The position numbers and the translations under genes are program-made. Below, in pieces: positions 40,546 to 55,080 of a stretch of 64,000 bases of DNA. The notes under the pieces were generated by a model. It saw only the letters and a program-made list of their open reading frames with translations, did no database searches and was not told the origin of the DNA. The DNA is taken from contig OZ024747.1 in NCBI GenBank assembly GCA_964016885.1, positions 70,370,001 through 70,434,000 on the forward strand, written 5' to 3'. The stretch is from Eledone cirrhosa. Its lineage: Eukaryota. Positions within the stretch are counted from its first letter, which is position 1, and each line of letters begins with the position of its first letter.

Positions 40546-43500
40546 TATATTATATTATATCTATAATAGTTCACTATTTGAATTTCGTCTCCTACCGTCA
40601 AGTGAATTTCTGAACAAGTGGCCAATCGATTCGATTGACGGCATTGTGATGACGCGTAGGGATTCCAGTTGCTAATTTACTACTGTGTTGACCGGCACAT
40701 TCACTGTCATAGCCAACACGGACGGGAATCGAATTCCGTCGATCTATTGGTTATTGATTAGGCGAAACCCGTCGATGAAGCCATATGCGCCGATTGTGCG
40801 TTGTTGCATAATAAATGCAGACAGTGGATGCTGTGCACTCTATTGCTGCATTAAGTGTGGCCGAATCTCAAGTACGGGTATAGTTGAAGATATCTATTTA
40901 TGTGTGCTGTATTGAAGCGAATAACTATATGTCCACTCTGGGATTTTACATAACATTACCTATTGAGTATGCTGAGATGCAACCAGTACTAGCAGTGAAA
41001 CCCATGCTTGTCCCATCGCCTTATTATAATATATACATATATATATATATACATACACAAACAAACACGCACACATACACACACATATATATATATATAT
41101 ATACGCACAAATGGGGATGGTAATTAACCCTATAAATATCATCTAAAATACATTAATACGTTATACTGTAAAGTCAAGATATAGAGAAAACCAGTCTGTG
41201 CCTCGGCTCATGTGTCATGGAAGCCTTTTTGAGTTTGAGAGCAGCCTTCCGCTTGTTCATAATTATGGATCGGAAGCTGGACATCTTATTTAATTCTCAA
41301 AGGGATTCAGGTTAGGTGAGTTACTTGTCAAAAGATACGATAGAAAATCAAGGTGACCGTGTTTGTACTGTTTGTAGTTGTCAATCCTAGCTATAACAAA
41401 AAATCTGCGCCATCAAAAAGCTTGTTGGCTAACAAAGCCATAGTATATTTCAAGAACACTTGGTAGACTGCAACATTGTGTGGGTCTCTGTGGAGGAACA
41501 ATGGCGCAACATTTGCATCTATTTTAGCTCAAACATTCTCCGACTGCGCTAATTTGATGCTGCACTTTAAAATATTGCGATCGCAAGGACTAAAGATGGT
41601 ATAAAATCCTATGTTTTGATTGAATCCGAATTCGTTGAAGCATTTTGCTATAAAATATATATGTCTAAGGAGAACATTTTTATAAAACTTTCAAATCTCT
41701 GATATAACACATGTAAGGCACTAAACAAATTATTGACCCGTTCGAAATCTGTAACCCACGAAACTACTACTCACAAATTGCCATATAGAATGAATATAAA
41801 ATATATAAATCCAGTGCAATATTGCACTTCTGTGATATTAATTCAAAATGTGGTGTGGTTTGCTTTACTTCTTAGTTCTACAGGCATAAAGAGCAGTTAT
41901 TTTTGTGGGCTACACACTGTCGAACACCTATCTAATGGGTCCTAGCCGTGGTCTTTCTTTCAGACATTCCATTGTATACGGAGGAAAACATTATCCAATA
42001 TTCCTTCCCGTTCGTTAAGAAGGTTGTCCATATTATAGCTAACAATTTGAACAAGCTCGCGGGGCTCTTTCTTTTCCAGTCATAAACTTAGGTGCATTCA
42101 ATCGATTGTTCTGATCAATCGATTAGACTGATTTGGGTCTCACCGATTTGCGATATCGCAGAAACGATTATTGAAAAACTACTAATGGCAGAAGCACCGC
42201 CAGTAGAAGTGGTGGTGGTGGTGGTCGTCGTCGTAGTGGTGTCGATGTGCGTGATGGTACTGATAGTGCTAGGAGCAGTTTTGCTGATGCTTTTCATGGT
42301 CAATGTTTTCTTTGAAGTAGTAGTACTTGTATTAGAATCAGTGAAGATGGTGACTGTTCTTAGTCTGGGGGACATTTAATCTACTTTCCCCTGTGATCTA
42401 AACGACTATTGGTTTGTTTGCTGTGTAATACAAAGACAACAAGCCTTAAGATAGCAGCCCCATTTCCAATTTCCCATACGTTGCTTTGACGTAACTGCCA
42501 TCTCCATAAAATGACCTAAAAGTTTCTTTTTCTTTTTTATATTTTTACCTTCCCTTCCTAACAACATTTTTCAGTACATTGTTCTCCCAAGAAATATGCA
42601 ACTTAGAATGAGGTATATCCTGGTGTATAGGTCCATACGTCCGAATTCTATTTCAGAAGGATCAGTCGTGAATATTTTTGATTTTCAATATTTTTTCTTG
42701 TTTCCTTTAAATCCCGGGCTGCGTTATCTCAACCATCACCTTGATAATCCCATAACCTCAGCCAGCCACTGCTAGCACAAATCCCCACCTTTCACGTTGC
42801 TATAACTGCCAACTTGTCTTATAGCATTTGTTCACATAAACCCCTCCTTCTTCAGCACTATTATTGGGAGTAGTGTATAATTTACGGTCGAATGAATTTT
42901 ATTGATCTTAGCTGGCATACATTGACCAATGCTCTCTACTACCACCCTGCTTACTCGTTCATTCGGCAAAGAACTGTGTCTTCCATGGCTGCAGGGCTCA
43001 TCCAAGCACAGCCAGTAAGTGATTTCTTTGGTTCTACTTCAGTAAACCGAATTCCACTTTTTCCCAAAATATTTTCCATCGTGGATTTTCTGAGATTTAA
43101 TTCTCAAGCAGAAGCATCCTATGTAGCAGTCTGACGTAATTTTAGTTATTTATTTCTTTAAACCGAAATGCAAAGAAAATAAAAGATAAGATACTTTCTG
43201 TTAAATGGTGTCCAACAGCAATCCAATCAGATTGGCAGACACGAGACAAACAAAGAGCCTTAAAGAAAAACAAAATAAAAATATGTGCGTCCTACTTCTT
43301 TGGAAATTGATTGTAATCGTATTAAATAGACGGTGAGTAAACGGAATATATTGAATTCCCTTGACTAGGTACAACGCTTCAGATACGCACATGAATAGAA
43401 ATTGGAGTTTGTGACGTTTATACATTGTGCAGGCCTCTTGTCAGCAAACATGGAGTGAAATAACCTCAAACAGGTATCGAAACTAGACAAACAATTCAAT

Positions 43501-43764
43501 TTACATCTTGGATTATACATCTGAAGAACTTCATGCATACTGTAGAACAAGAGTGAATGCCAGGTGAGTTAAATACATGTTGCCACTTTCATTTACATAT
43601 GAAACCATATCAAATCATCCAATCTGGTATTACCAAAAATAAAACATAATTTCAAATAAAGTTACAATTCTTTTTCTCTTTTGCCGGGTACATCGGATTA
43701 TTTTATTGAGCCTAGAAGGATGAAAGTAAAAAAATGTGCATGACTACATATAAGGTGTTGTGTG

Positions 43765-43920
43765 TGGTCGCATATTGGTCAAAGGGTTAAGAAGTTCGCT
43801 TCGCAATATAGCATCGAGTTCCATTCCACTGCGTGGCATGTTATGCCATTACTATTTTTTTTTCATAGCATCGGATTAATCGAAGCCTTGTGGATGAAAT
43901 TGGGCAGAATGGAAATCACA
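43765..43920 (+). mobile_element. Old tRNA-derived SINE (second type)
   Basis: TGGTC..AGGGTTAAGAAGTTCGCTTCGCAA..GAGTTCCATTCCACTGCGTGGCA..AAGCCTTGTGGATGAAATTGG. Confidence 0.55.
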
Positions 43921-44569
43921 ACTATTTGAAAGTTATTTAGGATCGACTGCACCTGTACGTCAAACGGCCATCATTGCCACTATTGTTATACTGAATTTCC
44001 ATCGCAGTTGCGTTAATGGTGTACATTTCTGTGGAATACTCAGTCACCAACTCACGAGTAAGCTTTAGGGTTGAGCAAAAAACATGGAATATATATCATC
44101 ATCAAATAAAATGGGGGTCCGTTCCATTTCAAAGTATTATGGCCATCTCTCTAATAATTCTGCCATCCTCGCTACCACTAAAAAATTATAATAGATATCA
44201 CTGTTCCATTTCCAGCCTACTAAAATACCAGACATTTGAGCTTCGTAAGAATGAAATTGGATTTAGGAGTATCTGGGTTGAGGTATGTGAATTGAGGGAT
44301 GGCTACACTTTTGATCATTGAATAAATCCAATTTAACTTTCTTACGTTGCTAACAGCTTGAATAAGGTATAGTCACTTTAAAAATTTCCTGTCTTTTAAT
44401 TATAGAATCTTTCCGCTTTCTTAAAAGAAAATAATACAAAATCTTCTAGTAGAACTGCAGTATAATAAAAAATCTAGCGAATTTTCTGTGTGATGAGGTT
44501 TTGAATACGCTTCAAAGCAATATAAACCTTATAATCGCACAAATTTCATACTGTCAACGACTAGATATA

Positions 44570-45121
44570 AAGGTTAACTTTCTATTTCATTCTTATGGGG
44601 CCGATAAATAAAGTACTAGTAACGCATAGGGCTCGATGTAATCAACTTTCCCCTCCCTCAAAAATATTTGGTCTTATGCTTAAATGAGGAGATATTATTT
44701 AAGGTCGTGGATTGGCAGTATCTGTACACCATGGAACATGCTTTGCGTCATAAAGTTACGGTCATTTACGTTCTGAGTTCAAATCCCGCCATGGTTAAGT
44801 TTGCCTTTAATCTTTACGGGGTTGATCAAATAAAGTACAAGTAACAAAATGATGGTCGATTTAATGGATTTTCCACTCTCTCAAAATTGTTGGACTTGTG
44901 TCTAAATCAGAAAGTAGTTAATTGGGAGTATCGGTAGAACATCGAACAACAAGATTTGCGGCATACAGTTACGGCCCATGTTCTGAGTTCCCGCTGTGGC
45001 TAACTTTGCCTTTCAACTTCACGAGGTCGAATAAATAAAGTACCAGTAACGCACTGGGGGCGTTTAGATCAACTTGCCCCACTTCAAACTCATGTCCTTG
45101 CGCCTAAATAAGAAACCATTA
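44570..45121 (+). mobile_element. Tandem cluster of three Meta-domain-like SINE copies
   Basis: Three occurrences of GATAAATAAAGTAC.AGTAAC (about 44600, 44825, 45030); GAGTTCAAATCCCGCC B box at 44776. Confidence 0.75.
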
Positions 45122-45610
45122 TTTAATTTCTTTCTTCTAGTTTAAAATGCTTTATAATCGATAGATATTTCAGTGTCTCCAGTATCTTAAAAATGTGAAA
45201 CTAAAATACTACTCTATTATTCATGTTTTATTTCTCCTCGAGTACAAATTTTGGCAAATGTCTACTTTATCAGAAGAAACCTGTATTTTGGTTCTGGAGT
45301 AATTATTTTTAAATCACAGTGATTCACATGATTGATCTATCGCCCAGTTGTCTTAAGCTGATATGTACATCTTCCTGTTAGAAAAGGACTGTGCACTGCA
45401 CTCATTAAACGAAACATCAATCCCACCGACATGAAGATTTTCATTTACACTAGTCTATCTCTATCGTTTTATACGAAATAGGACGTAATCAATATCTCAT
45501 ACATACAATAAAAATACACATAAACATACGTTCACATACATACTAACATGCATACATGAACAAGCATATATAACTTTACTCTTCGCTGGTGACGAATTCA
45601 TGTCCGATTA

Positions 45611-47883
45611 CACATTGTAACAAAAAAAATCTGTTCCTAGCTTGTAATCACTTTTTTGTGTTGCTTAGGTCCCAAATAAATAAAAAAAAGTGCTATTACA
45701 CAGTTAAAAGTTTGGGTTTGTAAAAATTCTAAGCTATTCACTAGAATTATTTGTATGCTGGATTTTACGTTGTATGTAAGTTTAATTTGCTTGTGTTAAA
45801 TGATTTTTTTAATATATGTTTCAGGTTAAATTAAAATTATAAAATAAAGAGTAATACCTAAAGAAAATTATAAAAGTGGATGAAAGAGATTTATTGATAC
45901 TGGATTTTCGCACCCTGAATAAAGGGTAAGTTGCTTTTTAAGCATTCGTCTCCAGGATGAAGCAGTGGAACTTGGTCAAGGAGGAAGTGCAGGTGACAAG
46001 TCGGAGAAGTCGATACGAACCTTTCTCAGGCTTTTGCACTCTTAGGGATGGCCTCTGCTTCTGCCATGACGTGCCTGGACTGTTTGACGTTATTGGGTGC
46101 CGTTTGTGCCCAAGGAGTGGCGGCTATTTATAGACAGCTCCACCACAAGTTTGAAGGCTGTCCTCCTCCACAATGGAAATAAGTTCCCGACACTGCCCCT
46201 AGCTCATTCAGTCAGCCTGAAGGAAGATTACTACAGTGTGAGAAAGTCCTCTTGGAAGCTCTGCAATACAACCAGTACAATTGGGAAATCATTGGAGACT
46301 TCAAGATGGTGGCTTTCCTGCTTGGACTCCAAGGAGGCTTTATCAAATTCCAATGCTTCCTCTGCCTTTGGAACAGCAGAGCCACCTCTGACCACTACAA
46401 AAGAGAGAACTGGGAGCAGCGAACAGAATTTGTAGTTGGGACCCGGAACGTTATGTGGGAGCCACTGGTTGATCCCAGGATTGTGCTCATGTCGCCACTA
46501 CACATTAAGTTGGGGTTGATGAAGCAGTTTGTGAAGGCACTCAACCAAGAATCAGCCGCTTTTAAGTACCTTCTTGAGTTCTTCCCCAAGTTATCTGAGG
46601 CCAAAATCAAAGGTGGAATTTTCGTTGGACCTCAGATAAAGAAGGTGTTTGAGTCTACCGAGTTCTCCAATAAGCTCAATAGGATTGAGAGAACAGCATG
46701 GAACTGTTTCAAGGCAGCTGTTAAGGGCTTCCTGGGCAACTACAGAGCTGAAAACTACCAGCAACTGGTGCAGGATCTGATAAAAGGTTTTTGGCGCCAT
46801 GGGATGCAGGATGTCGCTTAAACTCCATATTCTGGACGCTCACCTGGAAAAATTCAAGGACAATATGGGCGCCTACTCAGAAGAACAAGGCGAACGATTC
46901 CACCAAGATGTGAAAGAGATAGAGCGGAGGTACCAGGGCCACTACAATGAAAAAATGATGGGGGACTATATCTGTGGGCTAGTGCAGGAATGCGAAATGG
47001 ACTACAACCGCAAATCCAGGAAATCCAGTCATTTCTGACGTGTACAGAAATGACTGGATTTGCTACTCTGGCAAAACTCAGGGTGGTTTTCTTAATGTCA
47101 TTGTTGCTGTTGTTGTTATCGTTATTTTTGTTATTATTAATTTTAGTTTCAGTTGTGGTGGTGGTGGCGTCAGTGGTGTTCTGTGTGAAAGCATTAATTT
47201 GGTTGAATTCATTTCGACATCACGAGTTAATTTATTTTTTTCTTTTGTTTCTGTTGTCGCGGTGGTGGTGTGTGTGTGTGTGTGTGGGGGGGGGGGGGGC
47301 TTTAACACCTGCAGTCATTGGTAATGGCGGATAATGAATGTCTGCCTGAGACAAATTTAAAATATTGCTACTGCTTATATTTTTAGTGTTGGCAAACGTA
47401 GTAATATTTACTATGGTGGTGTCGGTGTGAGGTGTTAGTTTGTGAGAAAGGAGTGAATCTGAGTCAGCCATGATGTTTCAAAGAAAAAATTTTGTTTGAT
47501 AATTATAAAAGTTTAAATATTGGGCTCAAGGCCCCAATCTTTTTGAGTGTCCTTTTCGGAAAACAATGTATGTGCGCTTATATACAGTTAACAATAAAAA
47601 TGTTCCATAAATGGCAATTTTTATATGTGTTATTTATTTTTACTTGTTTGCTTTTGATAAGCTTGTGCAATAAAATAAATATATACTCTGTTGATTTAAT
47701 TATATGAACTGATAAATTAAAAAAAAATGTTTTTTTTTCTTGAAAAATATGAAAATTTCGAAATATCAAACTCCTGACCACAAACCCAACCTTCTAATTA
47801 AATAATAGTTTTTTTTGTAATAATGGGAAACAAACCAGGAAATTTCACTTAGAACTGGGGAACACAAAATATGTTACACGGTG
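45611..47883 (+). mobile_element. Chapaev3-type (CMC superfamily) DNA transposon
   Basis: Termini CACATTGTAACA...TGTTACACGGTG, imperfect TIRs, 3-bp TTA TSD (45608-10 and 47884-86), internal transposase. Confidence 0.8.
45945..47038 (+). pseudogene. Chapaev3 DDE transposase, frameshifted, N-terminus missing
   Basis: WRLFIDSS (D), IIGDFK (D), CFLC, PLHIKLG, SLKLHILDAH, GAYSEEQGERFH (E), split over three ORFs. Confidence 0.85.
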
Positions 47884-48022
47884 TTAGTTAAGGACCCTTA
47901 TATCTACAAGCTTTATCCTATATATTTTTTTACTTTTTAATTGAACTCTTTGTTTGTCTTTGTTTTTGACCACAGTCCTTCACCCACCATCTTTCTCGCT
48001 ATCACCCTCCCCCCTCTCTCTG

Positions 48023-48053
<31 letters not shown>

Positions 48054-48087
48054 TACCTACATATACATTCATACGTACATACACATA

Positions 48088-48169
<82 letters not shown>

Positions 48170-48699
48170 ATAACTGAAATAAACAAAACACAGGAGGCAA
48201 TCTTTACACAATTATATTAGGTTCATAGATATATGATGACGGTGGGTTGTCAGCGTGTTTAGAGAGTTAGTCTTACACTATTGTCTCCTGCACACTTTCC
48301 ATCTAATAGTTTACTCATAAATGTTGATCCACCCGAAGCTACAACAGTTGTGAAGCTCACTTTGTCATAGAACCTCTAATCATGTTGATTTTTATTTTTC
48401 ATACTCTCATATTCTAAATAAAATAACTAGTAATCGAACCCGTGACGACGAATTCGATTTAATTGGTACGCCGAAGATAATGTTTATTGTTTGATTATGG
48501 GAGTCATCTTAAAAAAACCTAACGCAAATATCTATACATGTTTAACATATATTGTTGCTAATAAAACCTGTGATTTGTACATTTAAATAATTTTAGTGTT
48601 TTAGCTGCATGAAATACTATAAGCAGTAATGGATCTATCGATCTGCCATTTTGCATATTAAAACTATTGCAAAGAGAATGGTAACTTCGCCAAAACAGC

Positions 48700-49420
48700 C
48701 TCCCATCTACATCGCTATGTATACAGTGTAGTTAGCTGAATATCTTGCATGATGTTGTTCTCTGTAATATATATCTCTACTGGCTTTAGGCATAAACTGT
48801 CGGATGTTGTAAGACTTGAAACCTTCAGATGAGTTTCTATGACACTTCAAACAAATCTCAAATGAATTCAAACAAAACTGATTAAGATGGGATTGGACTT
48901 GCCTTTTCAGTTTAATTGTCCTTATATTAACAAATTGATACGCTGGAAACCATCAAGAATGCGCTTTACTAATAACGTTCCATTATTATAATGTCATTAC
49001 AGGAATCTGTATTGCACTTTCATACCGTTCGTAACCAACTGTTTTATAGTATACCGTCGACGCAATATAGGACATTGACAGAGGGAAGAAAACTAGACTT
49101 AGAAAGCTGATATTATTTATCATTTTTAGAATCCAATTTAAGCTGAAGGACAAGAATATTTAAAATGGGAGTAAATCATCATAAATTCCCAGAAGTATAG
49201 AAATATTATCTATGTGGTATGGAAGGTTTTCATTATGCATTGATATTTGTGTTATTGTAAATAATTCGTTTATAAGAAAATAATAGTGACATTTGGGAAA
49301 ATATCTGATCTTTCTCCATAACCTCTCGTTGCGTTTCCAGAATGAAATATGCTTGTCATACTTTTTAAAAGCATCCAGTTCTCTTGTAAAAATTGTAACA
49401 GTATGATCACCACGCCGTTT
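48700..49420 (-). mobile_element. Possible decayed hAT (Buster/Charlie-like) transposase fragment
   Basis: DAFKK..ISFWKRN..DIFPNV-like stretch; otherwise very degenerate. Confidence 0.3.
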
Positions 49421-49510
49421 GGTGTGCCAAGAACAACATTAAAATATTTGATTTCCATTTTAAGATGGTAAGATATAATTAGTAAACACGCACACACAGA
49501 CACATTCACA

Positions 49511-49591
<81 letters not shown>

Positions 49592-49800
49592 AAAAAGTAA
49601 ACAGAAATAACAACAAAATCGGTATAGTATATGGAAGGAATATATTAAGTTAACGCTTGAAATAGCAGGGAGAGGGTCTTAACGTTTCGGACGCTAGTTC
49701 TTGATCAGAAGAAAGAATAAGAAATAAGATAGATGGAAGGGACTGGTGGGTTGGAATTGGAAAAAATGTTTTTAGATAAATATAACAGGTCCATTCATAT
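49592..49800 (-). mobile_element. PLE pLTR family D copy with inactivated HHR (49677-49712, core CUGAUCA)
   Basis: Reverse complement of about 12122-12312; G8 is mutated to C. Confidence 0.75.
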
Positions 49801-50024
49801 ATTATATATATATTATATATTATATCTAAAATTTCATACACTTAACATGTATGCGTGACCTTAGGTTTCGGGGCTCAGTTATGACCACTATACGGTGTTG
49901 TCCAACATCTAAGGTCGCGCATACATATTTAGTGTATGAAATTTTAAATATACTAAATAAGCTTCCTTGCAATAGATTGAGTATTGCTTTCCTTGACCAT
50001 TTATCTACGGATATTCTGCACACA

Positions 50025-51410
<1,386 letters not shown>

Positions 51411-51766
51411 AAAATAAATGAACAATAACAATAAAAATGAATGAGATCTTTCACTGATTTGGTTTAATTCATTCCACTGGTCTTCTGATATCCAGAGGCA
51501 ACGTCTTAAAGCGTTTAGGCGATCAAATTGATTCAAGTACTTATTTCAATCTACTACTTATCAATCATTATTTTCTGAACTTCTGCGCCACTCACAAACA
51601 CATACACACATACAATTAGACATACACGGACACACATACACACGCTCAATGAATGTAAACTTGTTTCAGATAATATATTTATGCAGATTTACAATTTATC
51701 AATTTCCAAGAAATAATCCACTGACCGAGTTTTCGTTTTCCAAAACAACATCGGTTACTACTGTTA

Positions 51767-51810
<44 letters not shown>

Positions 51811-51827
51811 TTGTGTGTATATAAATA

Positions 51828-51859
<32 letters not shown>

Positions 51860-51862
51860 CAT

Positions 51863-51908
<46 letters not shown>

Positions 51909-51915
51909 TTGTGTG

Positions 51916-52084
<169 letters not shown>

Positions 52085-52135
52085 GTATGTATATATATAT
52101 ATATGTATATATATATATGTATGTATATATATATG

Positions 52136-52192
<57 letters not shown>

Positions 52193-52283
52193 GTATGTAT
52201 ATATATATATATGTATGTATATATATATATATATATATATACATAATATATAAGATGAAAAGATTGTTAAAGGAGTTCCATGT

Positions 52284-52352
52284 ATTTTATTATGCGCATT
52301 TCAAAAACAAACATCATCATGCAATAATATTTGTGTTTTCATCAGATAAAAC
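52284..52352 (-). ncRNA. Hammerhead ribozyme (family H) in TA-flanked pLTR-like insert 52252-53155
   Basis: GUUUUAU-CUGAUGA-AAACACAAAUAUUAUU..GAUGAUGUUUGUUUUU-GAAA-UGCGCA-UA-AUAAAAU, palindromic stem III AUGCGCAU. Confidence 0.8.
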
Positions 52353-52447
52353 AGGAGAACATGATATGAAGGCTAAAAAACACTTGTGGATAGTGCAGTT
52401 TTAAATCAACATATGAAAAGTAGTTTTAGATTGATGTGTGATATTGG

Positions 52448-52875
52448 GAAAAATATTTTATTTAGAGAGGGGGGGGTGGAAAGGATGAAAAAAGGGGAGG
52501 AGATGAGAGTGAAGGTGGAGAGGGAGAGATGGGTGAAAGAGAGAAAGAGATAGTTTTTATAACTGAGAGAAGATATATTGTTTTACATAGAGAGGTTGAA
52601 AACCGTTGGAAGATAATGTATAAATTAAAAGAATTTGAAAATTAACGAAGGGAAAAATATGTACGAGGAAAAAATATTTTATTTAGAGAGGGGGAGGGGG
52701 AAGGATGAAAAAAGGGGAGGAGATGAGAGTGAAGGTGGAGAGGGAGAGATGGGTGATGGAGAGAAAGAGATAGTTTTTATAACTGAGAAAAGATATATTG
52801 TTTTACATAGAGAGGTTGAGAACCGTTGGAAGATAATGTATAAATTAAAAGAATTTGAAAATTAACGAAGGGAAA
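52448..52875. repeat. Tandem duplication of about 205 bp, purine-rich
   Basis: 52448-52655 is nearly identical to 52668-52875. Confidence 0.85.
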
Positions 52876-53152
52876 GAGAGGGAGTTGATATGTATTGAGA
52901 TTAAAAAGTTTGAAGATAGAGAGAAAAAATAATAATTGCGGATGAATATTCTAACGTCAAAAAGGTGTATGTTTATAAGTATTATGGCAATTTCAAAATT
53001 AACGAAGAGAAAAAAATATTAAGGTTTGTGTGTTGAAGGATTTGAGAAAAATAATGTGAAGTTAAAGTTTGTATATTGAAGGAATTGATAATATGTGCGA
53101 AGAAAGAGTTAATATGTATTAAAATTATTAAGGTTTGTGTATTAGATGATTT

Positions 53153-53248
<96 letters not shown>

Positions 53249-53293
53249 TGTATGTATATATATATATATGTATATATATATGTATGTATATAT

Positions 53294-53391
<98 letters not shown>

Positions 53392-53429
53392 ATATATACA
53401 TGTATGTATATATGTATGTATATATATAT

Positions 53430-54281
53430 GTCAGGTCACCAGTTGGTGCTACTGGTAACATGTATCCCAGTACAACCTGTCTCATGGTCGGGTCGTTGGC
53501 GACTAAACTGGCAATCCCACCAAGGTTTCTTGGTGAGAAGGGTGACTTTGGACATCCTGCAGGACTAAAAACAAAACCTGTCAAAGGGCAAAGGAGCTCT
53601 TAAGTATTTGTACCAGAGTTTTAAAGTCGCTGGCTGGACTAATAAGTCAGACTCGTTCAGCGCATTGGTAGGGGTTCTCCTACATGGATATAAAGTAGTG
53701 GCCGTACTCGAAAACGAGTTGGCAGCCACCATATATATATGTATGTACATATATATGTATGTATATATGTATGTATATATGTATGCATATATATATGTAT
53801 ATATATATATATGTATATATATATGTATGTATAAGGCAAAGGGGCTCTTAAGAGTCAATAGCCATCCAAAATCACCGGGAGAGATGACCCCTTAGCCTTT
53901 GTCAAGGCAGAATTCTAGGAGAAGGAAAACTCTGATATAACACCTGCAACCCTGATGGTATCCAATGATGTTGACTTGTTCTTCTTTTTGGTAAATATCA
54001 TCTTGGTTAAGAGAGTGGGACTGGCTTTGTGCAGTGCCTTTGCTCACTATAAAAGCTTCACAGCACAGGCATTGCTTTATATCTGGAGATCTTTCTGCAC
54101 TTATCGTCACATGGTACCATGGGCCCAGCACTATGTGTCAATAATTGTCACAAGTGTAGTGTTTGTACCAGAGTTTTCAAGTCGCTGGCTGGACTAAAAA
54201 GTCACTCGTTCAGCGCATCGGTAGGGGTTCTCCTACATGGATATAAAGTAGTGGCCGTACTCGAAAACGAGTTGGCAGCCA

Positions 54282-54283
<2 letters not shown>
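53430..54283 (+). mobile_element. Bipartite RTE-derived element with a nested copy of its own 3' end
   Basis: 5' part matches the reverse of 1215-1664; 3' part encodes [17 protein letters not shown]. Nested 53605-53834 has an 18-bp TSD. Confidence 0.75.
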
Positions 54284-54321
<38 letters not shown>

Positions 54322-54448
54322 ATATATATGTATGTATATATATATGTATGTATATATATATATGTATGTATATATATATGTATATATATATGTATGTATA
54401 TATATATGTATATATATATATATATATGTATATATATGTATATACATA

Positions 54449-54499
<51 letters not shown>

Positions 54500-54612
54500 A
54501 TATATATATGTATGTATATATATATGTATGTATATATATATGTATATATATATATGTATGTATATATATATGTATATATATATGTATATATATATATATG
54601 TATATATATATG

Positions 54613-54643
<31 letters not shown>

Positions 54644-54659
54644 GTATATATATATGTAT

Positions 54660-54705
<46 letters not shown>

Positions 54706-54708
54706 GTA

Positions 54709-54759
<51 letters not shown>

Positions 54760-54760
54760 G

Positions 54761-54797
<37 letters not shown>

Positions 54798-55015
54798 GTA
54801 TATATATGTATATATATATGTATATATATATATGAATATATATGTATATATATATGTATATATATGTATATATATATATATATAAAAATATATATAAACA
54901 TATAAACATATAAACATATAAACATATAAACATATATATATATACATATATATGTATATATATTTATATATAATACGATATTAATAAATGGAAACTATAT
55001 TTATAAAACCATATT

Positions 55016-55080
55016 TATTTCATTATATATATTTCAAGGATACCAAGTTACATTATGGTATGCCTTCATCAGACAAAATA
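55016..55080 (-). ncRNA. Hammerhead ribozyme (family I), sense to the PLE ORF
   Basis: UAUUUUGU-CUGAUGA-AGGCAUACCA(loop)UGGUAUCCU-U-GAAA-UAUAUA-UA-AUGAAAUA. Confidence 0.8.

Noticed and set aside
42092-42379. Val/Thr-rich ORFs on both strands
   Set aside because: Driven by (GGT)/(GTC) low complexity; no domain or splice support.
42870-43620. Possible LINE RT relic (RVVV, SMFADK)
   Set aside because: Too degenerate to delimit or classify.
48425-48460. ACTAG...CCCG Helitron-like end
   Set aside because: No hairpin or matching 5' end found.
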